From Gammaproteobacteria bacterium (GTDB lineage: Bacteria; Pseudomonadota; Gammaproteobacteria; Pseudomonadales; Pseudohongiellaceae), in the NCBI GenBank assembly GCA_029253585.1, contig JAQWZF010000008.1, forward strand, positions 37,980 through 101,979: 64,000 bases of DNA. The letters are read 5' to 3'. Position 1 is the first letter of the stretch. Each line of letters starts with the position of its first letter. The notes below the pieces were generated by a model. The model saw only the letters and a program-made list of their open reading frames with translations, was not told the DNA's origin and ran no database searches. Shown here piece after piece: positions 57,798 through 64,000 of this stretch. A program made the translations under genes and the position numbers.

Positions 57798-58680
57798 TTG
57801 GATATATGCAAAGAAATTGATAGCCAGCCGCTGACTCAAGCGTTCAGCTTCAGTAATCAGGAAGAGCGGGCGCTCTATGGCTTAAAGGGAATACTAACCG
57901 GCGTTGTGGCGGGCAAGCGTTTCAATGAGATGGAGCTTCTGTTTCTCGATACCTGGCTAAAATCACAAGAGTTTCTGTCTGAGGATGAAGATGTCCTCGC
58001 CATTTTGCGTCTGGTTGGCGAAATCCTCGAAGATGGTGAAATTAGCCCCGATGAGTTAGCGCAGATGCAGTCGCGTGTCGAGCAGGTAATTAGCAGCAAA
58101 GGCGCAGACGGATCGGAAGAAGGAGGGCATATAGAAGAACTGATTGGGTTCCTGACCGGCACCGCCTCGGATGGCGTACTCAACGATGAAGAGATCACGG
58201 GTATGTCAGCCTGGTTGGATAAAAATGAGTCCGTGAGGGAGGTGTGGCCAGCCAGCGTCATCGTTGAGCGACAGGCCAATATTCTAGATGACGGCATCAT
58301 CACCGACGAGGAAAGAGAGGATCTGCTGGTGACTGTTCGACAGGTCACGGGCACCGATACCGACGAATCCGGGTTCAGTAGCGAGGCGTCTACCGAAGTT
58401 TGGGAAGATACGGTAGAGGGTATCGAGTTTGCCGGCTCTGTTTTTTTGTCTAACGGGTGACTTTGTCACTGGCGACAGAAATTCGGTAAATACCATGCTG
58501 CGCTGTCTGGGCGCCGAAACTAAATCCAGTGTGAACAAGAGCGTCGACTATTTGGTCATAGGTACTCTAGCTAGCCGCGACTGGCTATATACGAGCCATG
58601 GCCGCAAGATTGTGAAAGCCCTGCTGATTAAGCGAGAGGGCTGTGACATCAAAGTCATCGCCGAGCGTACGCTGCTCTAA
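57798..58680 (+). pseudogene. TerB-like-repeat / BRCT-domain protein, interrupted by a +1 frameshift in a T7 run
   Basis: Frame 1 ends ...VEGIEFAGSVFLSNG*. The next frame reads CLTGDFVTGDRNSVNTMLRCLGAETKSSVNKSVDYLVIGTLAS....GRKIVKA (BRCT pattern F.G..F.lTG...R......GA....sV....dyLV.G). Shortening T7 (58441..58447) to T6 yields a continuous ...FAGSVFCLTGDF.... Confidence 0.65.
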
Positions 58681-58725
58681 TACACACGCTAGACCTTATA
58701 TCTATCTAGAAATCTTGGGGGAGCT

Positions 58726-59169
58726 ATGTCCGCCGAACTACTCTTCTCACTCTGCAACATGGCCATTATCCCGGGCTGGTTGCTATTGGTGTTCTTGCCT
58801 AAATGGAAATGGACGCTGGGATTGATTACCAGCGCCATTATTCCCTTTACCCTGGCCTTCGTTTACGGAGGTCTCTTCGTGACGCGGCTTGGCTCGATGC
58901 CGGAAGGCGGAGGCTTCGGTTCTCTTCCCGAGTTGATGATTCTTTTCTCCGACCCCTACCTGGTAACGGTGGGCTGGATACACTATCTCGCGTTCGATCT
59001 CTTCGTGGGAAGTTGGGAAGTGCAAGATGCGCAGAAGCAGGGGATTTCACACTGGTACGTGATTCCCTGTCTGGGGCTAACCCTCATGCTCGGTCCCATT
59101 GGCTTTGCGTTGTATCTGCTGCTGCGCTATGTGAGCAAGCGCAAGCTCTTGATTTTTGAGCAGGTCTGA
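58726..59169 (+). CDS. DUF4281 (ABA4-like) family membrane protein
   Basis: 147 aa, 4 TM. N-terminal LFSLCNMAIIPGWLLLVFLPKW resembles the ABA4-like family. Confidence 0.5.
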   Translation: MSAELLFSLCNMAIIPGWLLLVFLPKWKWTLGLITSAIIPFTLAFVYGGLFVTRLGSMPEGGGFGSLPELMILFSDPYLVTVGWIHYLAFDLFVGSWEVQDAQKQGISHWYVIPCLGLTLMLGPIGFALYLLLRYVSKRKLLIFEQV

Positions 59170-59185
59170 GTTCATTTTAGATTAG

Positions 59186-60034
59186 CTAGCGACCCATTAG
59201 GCCCTTAATGGCTGCGGGGATGTCTGCCGGAAACACCACAAATTTTGAATTGTCAGAGTCCGATAGATTCTGTAGCGAGCTAATGTATTTTTCGCCTAGC
59301 AGATACACAACAGGCATTTCCTTTTCGCCAATCGCTTCGGTAACTAGGGTGATAGATTTCTTACTCGCTTCGGCGAGAATCACCTGAGCCTCTGCCTCGA
59401 GCTTCGAGGCCTCGAGGGAGCCCTCCGCCTCCAGAATTACAGCCTGCTTATCGCCGTCTGCCCGGGTTACCGTTGCTCTTCGTGCGCGTTCGGCTGCCGC
59501 CTGTTCTTCCATGGCGCTTTGCATAGTCGCGGAAGGGTTGATGTCCTGAATCTCAACTGTCTTCAGTGTGATACCCCAGTCGGCGATGTCATCGGAAATT
59601 GCTGCCTTGAGCTTTGCCTTGATGTGGTCTCTGGAAGAGAGCGCAGCGTCCAGGGTCATCTCGCCTATGATGGAGCGTAGCGAGGTCTGGACGAGGGTTT
59701 GTATCGCAAAGACATAATTCTCGACACCGTACACAGCCTTCTCGGGTGATACGATATTAATATAGGCAACGGCATTAGTTATAAGTACGGCATTGTCCTT
59801 GGTGATTACTTCTTGCGAGGGAATATCCAACACAATATCTTTAGTCGTTACCTTGAAGGCGACTTTGTCAAAGAAAGGTATGATGATGTTCAGGCCCGGG
59901 TTTAGTGAGCTGTGATACTTGCCGAGACGCTGTACGACCCATTTAAAGCCCTGAGGCACCTGCCTTACGCCCTGTCCCAGAGTAGTAAGCACGAAAATAA
60001 CCAGTGCGATGGCTAGAATTGTTCCAATTTCCAT
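59186..60034 (-). CDS. SPFH/Band-7 (stomatin-like, QmcA-type) protein
   Basis: N-terminal TM, then VPQGFKWVVQRLGKYHSSLNPGLNIIIPFFD and a C-terminal coiled region rich in A/E. Confidence 0.9.
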   Translation of the reverse strand: MEIGTILAIALVIFVLTTLGQGVRQVPQGFKWVVQRLGKYHSSLNPGLNIIIPFFDKVAFKVTTKDIVLDIPSQEVITKDNAVLITNAVAYINIVSPEKAVYGVENYVFAIQTLVQTSLRSIIGEMTLDAALSSRDHIKAKLKAAISDDIADWGITLKTVEIQDINPSATMQSAMEEQAAAERARRATVTRADGDKQAVILEAEGSLEASKLEAEAQVILAEASKKSITLVTEAIGEKEMPVVYLLGEKYISSLQNLSDSDNSKFVVFPADIPAAIKGLMGR

Positions 60035-60078
60035 TTCTATTCTCCTTGGCTAAAATGCGAGACCCTGAATCGAAGTCC

Positions 60079-60531
60079 TTATGCCTTAGTCACGATTAGT
60101 GAGTTGCCAGACAGGTCCACTACGCTGACTCTATCTCCAGCGGTCAATACATCTTGAGATATGATTAACCATTCATCAGATCCGAGGACAGGAGCGGGAA
60201 AACGTAGCTTGCCAAATTTGTCGCCGTTAGGGGGATCCAGGACCTGGCCGATTTCTCCTAACAAAGCTTCTCTGGAAAAGCCTGCCTTGGTTTTATCTAG
60301 TGAAAGCGGTTTAATAATTTTGAACCAGCCGACGGCGAACAGGCTCGAAGAGAAGGTCCAAACAATAATTTGTGCCGTTTCGGACATGCCTGGGATGATC
60401 AGCATTGCTACGCCGACACTCAGCGCTCCGGCACCGAACCAGAAGATAAAGAAGGAGCCGAGAAAAATCTCGCTTAGCATGAGAATGAAGGCCAGAACTA
60501 TCCAGTGCCAATACAGAAGCTCAAACTCCAT
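60079..60531 (-). CDS. NfeD-family membrane protein
   Basis: 150 aa. Has 3 TM plus a C-terminal OB-like soluble domain. Sits immediately upstream of the SPFH gene (classic NfeD-SPFH pair). Confidence 0.85.
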   Translation of the reverse strand: MEFELLYWHWIVLAFILMLSEIFLGSFFIFWFGAGALSVGVAMLIIPGMSETAQIIVWTFSSSLFAVGWFKIIKPLSLDKTKAGFSREALLGEIGQVLDPPNGDKFGKLRFPAPVLGSDEWLIISQDVLTAGDRVSVVDLSGNSLIVTKA

Positions 60532-60810
60532 AACCGTTCTCCTTTTTTGACTTGCACATCTGTGTTGCTGTCGGCATTTGCAAGAGCTCGCAATGAGTAT
60601 CTTCTGTCTATACTGAGCTGTTTTCCTGGTCTAGTAAACAGATATGGGGTTAATTTGGCCAATTTCTACCTGGAAACTGGTAGCTTACCTTTAGCTCAGT
60701 AGTGGCGGCGCTTTTAACCACTCTATTGGGCCGCACAGACTGATAAATTCGTTCAAATCTGGCAGAATAGTGCACCTAATTACAGTAACGGAAAGTAAAG
60801 CTGCAGCCCT

Positions 60811-61653
60811 ATGACCAAGACTCCCCAATTGTCAGAGCCGCATCTTCATATGGGAGGCGAGGGCCAGGCGATGCATTTCGCCGCTGCGAATGGTTATCCG
60901 CCGGGTGCCTATCGGGCCTTTCTGGAACCGTTCGCCCAGGGCCATGAAGTCATCGCCAGTTTGCATCGGCCACTGTGGGAAACGCCGCCCGATCTGACAT
61001 CATTTTCTTCCTGGGATGTGTTGGGCGAAGATATAGGTAAGTTGGTCGATCAGATCGATAAACCGGTCATCAGTGTTGGTCATTCCATGGGTACGGCGAC
61101 AATTCTGATGGCGGCAATACAGCGTCCGGAATTGTTTAAGTCGCTGGTTCTGATCGAGCCGGTATTGGTGCCGCGTCGTTACCTTTATGCGCTGCGCTTC
61201 TTTAGTCGCTTCTCACCAAATACCGTTCCGCTCGTGAAGAAAACTTTGTCCAGGGTAGATCGCTTCTCCAGCAGGCAGGAGGCATTCGAACACTATCGAC
61301 CTAAGCATGTGTTTAGAGAAATCAGCGATACCGTACTTTGGGATTACGTTCAACATGGTACGCGAGAGGTAGAGCCGGGCATCTATACTCTATCCTATAG
61401 TCGAGACTGGGAAGCCCGCTGCTATACGCTGGTTCATAATCTCTGGCATCTATTACCAAAATTGCGTTTGCCTACGCTAGCCATACGCGCACAACATTCG
61501 AATACGCTAGGCCTTTCTTCCTGGAACAAGTGGCGTGGTATGTCATCGAACGTCGACTTTGTCGAGATCGAAGACGCGGGTCATCTAGTACCCTTTGAAA
61601 AGCCAGATGAGCTTGCCGCTGCGATCCTTTCCTGGATAGACCTTAAGAAATAG
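60811..61653 (+). CDS. Alpha/beta-fold hydrolase
   Basis: Nucleophile elbow VGHSMGT and C-terminal His region (DAGHLVPFEKP). Confidence 0.8.
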   Translation: MTKTPQLSEPHLHMGGEGQAMHFAAANGYPPGAYRAFLEPFAQGHEVIASLHRPLWETPPDLTSFSSWDVLGEDIGKLVDQIDKPVISVGHSMGTATILMAAIQRPELFKSLVLIEPVLVPRRYLYALRFFSRFSPNTVPLVKKTLSRVDRFSSRQEAFEHYRPKHVFREISDTVLWDYVQHGTREVEPGIYTLSYSRDWEARCYTLVHNLWHLLPKLRLPTLAIRAQHSNTLGLSSWNKWRGMSSNVDFVEIEDAGHLVPFEKPDELAAAILSWIDLKK

Positions 61654-62039
61654 AGCCTTAGACATAGTTCCGCAAATAACTTTATTCCTCTGCTGTGCGT
61701 CTCGTAAATCAATTGGTTCACCTTGCGTTCTATTGAGTAAGTGTTGAGCCTGTTGAGCCGCAAGTCCAAATCTTGCTCAATCAAACAATTACTTAACTAA
61801 TAGTCCATTGGTGTGCCGAACGGATACAGAGGAGACTAGGGAACGTTAAGGCTCTCACGCTTGGTGCTCATTGTGCTGGGATTCTATGTAATGTAGCCTG
61901 CCTCCTAGGCGCGGGATGTCGAAGATACAAAGGCGCTAGAAAAATAGCAGAGCCAGCGACAGGCTCAAGATAGTAGGGCGGGGACAGAGGAGTTGCGTCA
62001 ACTTGACCAGGAAGAACGCGAGGCTCACCGAGCCTAGGG

Positions 62040-62578
62040 GCACGATGTTACCGTTGTCGCCGATTTCAGCGGTGGTCTATTCTAGCTGCGGCGTTCGATT
62101 AACGGATTCACTGTCGATGTGCCTGTGTACTACAACGTTGAACTTAACACCGGCGGTGGCAGTATCAATGTTGGCGATATTAATGGCAAAGTAGAGGCTG
62201 ATACCAGCGGCGGCAGTATAAGCGCCGGCGTCGTAACTGGCGGCGACGTGAACGTGGAAACCTCAGGCGGAAGTGTCGATATCGAGAAGGTCGACGGTGA
62301 TGTAGTGGCCGATACTTCCGTAGAAAGCATAGACATAGGTGACGTTACCGGTGAAGTCAGTGGCGATAACTAGGGGGGCAAAATCACTATCAATGGCAGT
62401 GAGGGTCCGGTTGAGGCAGATAGTTACGGCGGCAATATTACTGTGAGCAATTCGCGCTCTGCTGCAAAAGCCGAGACTCTGGCAGTTATATAGAAGTTGA
62501 AATTACGGCTACATCTGGCAGCCCCATCAGCTTGCGCACTTCTAATAACGACATCCACATTGTTAGTGTTTGTAACTA
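62040..62578 (+). pseudogene. Decayed DUF4097-like beta-strand-repeat protein gene
   Basis: Periodic (T/D)(S/T)GGSI..V..V.G.V repeats: NTGGGSINVGDINGKVEADTSGGSISAGVVTGGDVNVETSGGSVDIEKVDGDVVADTS.... These are interrupted by in-frame TAGs (about 62083, 62371) and a frameshift before SGSYIEVEITATSGSPISLRTSNNDIHIV. Confidence 0.5.
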
Positions 62579-62633
62579 GGGTGTGTGTTTAGAGTATGTA
62601 CCTTTAATTTAGTAATAGTGAGTTACTACCAAT

Positions 62634-62661
62634 AAAAAGGGGCCAGTCAGGCCCCTTTTTA
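62634..62661. terminator. Bidirectional rho-independent terminator
   Basis: A5-GGGGCC-AGTCA-GGCCCC-T5, between convergent genes. Confidence 0.8.
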
Positions 62662-62689
62662 TATTTCTCAATTCTGTTTCTTCTGGCAC

Positions 62690-63466
62690 TTAGAGCCAGC
62701 TCTTGCGAATAAGCTCTTCCGGGATTTTGTCTTTAATCTTTTCATGTAGCTGCGGCAGCTTCGACCAGTGCAGCCCGCCTTTATAATGATGCGCCGTGTG
62801 GTAGCCAAGGTTTCCCGTGAACAGGTTGTACCAATAGTTCAGATTATTAAAAGAGGCTTCGAATTCATTCTTTGTATTCAGCCCGGCGTGATGCTCGTAG
62901 GTTGCCCAGGCCGTTATAAATAAACCCATGATCATAGGGAGTATAAAAAGCAATATTCCCGCGGCTGGCTTGTAGGTTACAAGACCTGTGAGGATCGAGA
63001 AGGTGATAATAAAAAAGAGGATGAAATCGCGCTGTTCCTTGGGATGTTTCTTACCAACTTGGTAGCCGCGATAGTAAGCAGTCGCGGCAATTTTCAAGCT
63101 ATATTCCAGTTCGCCCATCTGCGTGCCATCGCCTCGCGTCCAGCGACTCTCATCCATCTTTTGATCGAGAAAATTATTGTGGTGTCCATGCACATGATGC
63201 AGAGTCCACAGATTGGTTGTTACGCCGGTGTGCAGCGCATAGAAAAATTCCAGTAGCCGATTCAGTGGAGTCTGAATAAAAGTGGGTGCGTGTTGATGGT
63301 GATGATTCCATGCGCAGATTTGCGACTTGGGAATAATCATTAAGTAGAAATAGACGCCCAGTACATAAGGATTGCTAACTAAGAAATAGAGAGCAAAATC
63401 TAATGCGCTGAGGGAGAGTATGAAGAATACCGGCCAGCGGTCTGCAGAATGCTTAAACAATGCCAA
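62690..63466 (-). CDS. Membrane fatty-acid-desaturase-family protein
   Basis: Three His boxes: WNHHHQH, HHVHGHHN and HTAHHYK. Hydrophobic N-terminal helices. Confidence 0.8.
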   Translation of the reverse strand: MALFKHSADRWPVFFILSLSALDFALYFLVSNPYVLGVYFYLMIIPKSQICAWNHHHQHAPTFIQTPLNRLLEFFYALHTGVTTNLWTLHHVHGHHNNFLDQKMDESRWTRGDGTQMGELEYSLKIAATAYYRGYQVGKKHPKEQRDFILFFIITFSILTGLVTYKPAAGILLFILPMIMGLFITAWATYEHHAGLNTKNEFEASFNNLNYWYNLFTGNLGYHTAHHYKGGLHWSKLPQLHEKIKDKIPEELIRKSWL

Positions 63467-63549
63467 AACTATTTACTATTTACACTATCCATAGATTAGT
63501 AATTGTCGCGAAGATTAGCACATTCCATAGCTCGAGTGCAGTATCTGGC

Positions 63550-63867
63550 TCAACTTAGCAAGCCGGAGCTCAGATAGAGCGGTGGTAACCACAGCAGGCC
63601 GTTAAGCAGCAGGGAGCTGGTGACTAGTAAGAGTGGGCTGCTGGCGGCGAGGTGCGAGGCCATGATTCGTGGTCTAAAGCAGTAGAGCTCGGCGAGTAGT
63701 GAGCAAACCGCGAGCACGCTGCGTTTAAACTCCAGCCAGCGCTCGATTAATGCATAAGTATTTGTTTTTAAATAGTAAATAAGAAAGAGAACGGCAAATT
63801 CGGCGCCGGCTGCATCGGCGAGCAGCACGACTTCCAGGGCAAAAGGCGCCACGGCGAGAATGATCAT
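63550..63867 (-). CDS. Small hydrophobic ORF, unknown function
   Basis: 105 aa, Leu/Ala-rich TM-like segments. Weak evidence. Confidence 0.3.
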   Translation of the reverse strand: MIILAVAPFALEVVLLADAAGAEFAVLFLIYYLKTNTYALIERWLEFKRSVLAVCSLLAELYCFRPRIMASHLAASSPLLLVTSSLLLNGLLWLPPLYLSSGLLS

Positions 63868-64000
63868 GACGAAGGCTATCTTCTAATGACCCTCTTCATT
63901 GCCAGATACGCGGCATTCGGCTTCGCTGCAATGCGCAGCAGAACTTGCTGCCATCGGCAACAAGTCTGCTCTGCAGCGCGAGTGTATTACTCTACAGCTT

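Noticed and set aside
60760-60774. Sigma-54-like TGGCAG-N5-TGCA upstream of the alpha/beta hydrolase gene
   Set aside because: The GG-to-GC spacing is one nucleotide short of the -24/-12 consensus, and the -12 element lacks TTGC.
1-64000. Scan for CRISPR arrays, IS elements/transposases, integrases, prophage or toxin-antitoxin/defence modules, tRNA/rRNA
   Set aside because: I found no regularly spaced repeats, no terminal inverted repeats flanking a transposase-like ORF, no recombinase motifs and no tRNA-like cloverleaf candidates. The window looks like core or metabolic chromosome rather than a mobile island.

Overview
This 64 kb window looks like a chromosomal segment from a Gram-negative, probably marine gammaproteobacterium-like organism. 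That guess rests on gene content (TonB-dependent receptors, Tat/Sec-exported enzymes, a LIV-type ABC importer) and roughly 50% GC by eye; no search was run. About 60 genes are densely packed, and I recognised no rRNA, tRNA, CRISPR array, transposase or integrase. The main theme is acyl-CoA metabolism. There are five acyl-CoA dehydrogenases (two paralogous tandem pairs plus one canonical enzyme), two thiolases, a FadB/FadJ-like multifunctional enzyme, a Zn-ADH, an SDR, a PaaI thioesterase and an esterase. Also present are two TonB-dependent receptors, a five-gene LIV-type ABC importer, a Kv-like K+ channel, an NfeD/SPFH pair, arfB and several exported enzymes of unclear role. The most interesting signal is at 52688..54724 (- strand). 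There an in-frame TGA fuses two ORF-track fragments into one protein with the motif ...GLAD-[TGA]-GSCTSC..., a candidate U-G-S-C selenoprotein with a possible SECIS-like hairpin. A 486-aa protein directly upstream has an N-terminal thioredoxin-like CPTC module fused to a large uncharacterised domain, and a thiolase lies downstream. I read this as a candidate selenium-dependent redox module of unknown function. A second notable locus is 15257..20369: ACAD pair, histidine phosphatase, APH-type kinase and SDR. Its logic resembles the phospho-acyl-CoA (levulinate lva / ACAD10-11) route for 4-hydroxy/4-oxo acids. The window also holds many disrupted genes: TfoX, an aldo/keto reductase, a Crp/Fnr remnant, a TerB-like/BRCT gene and a DUF4097-like repeat protein. 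Two of these breaks sit in homopolymer runs and could be sequencing errors. All family assignments come from motif recognition by eye, without database searches.
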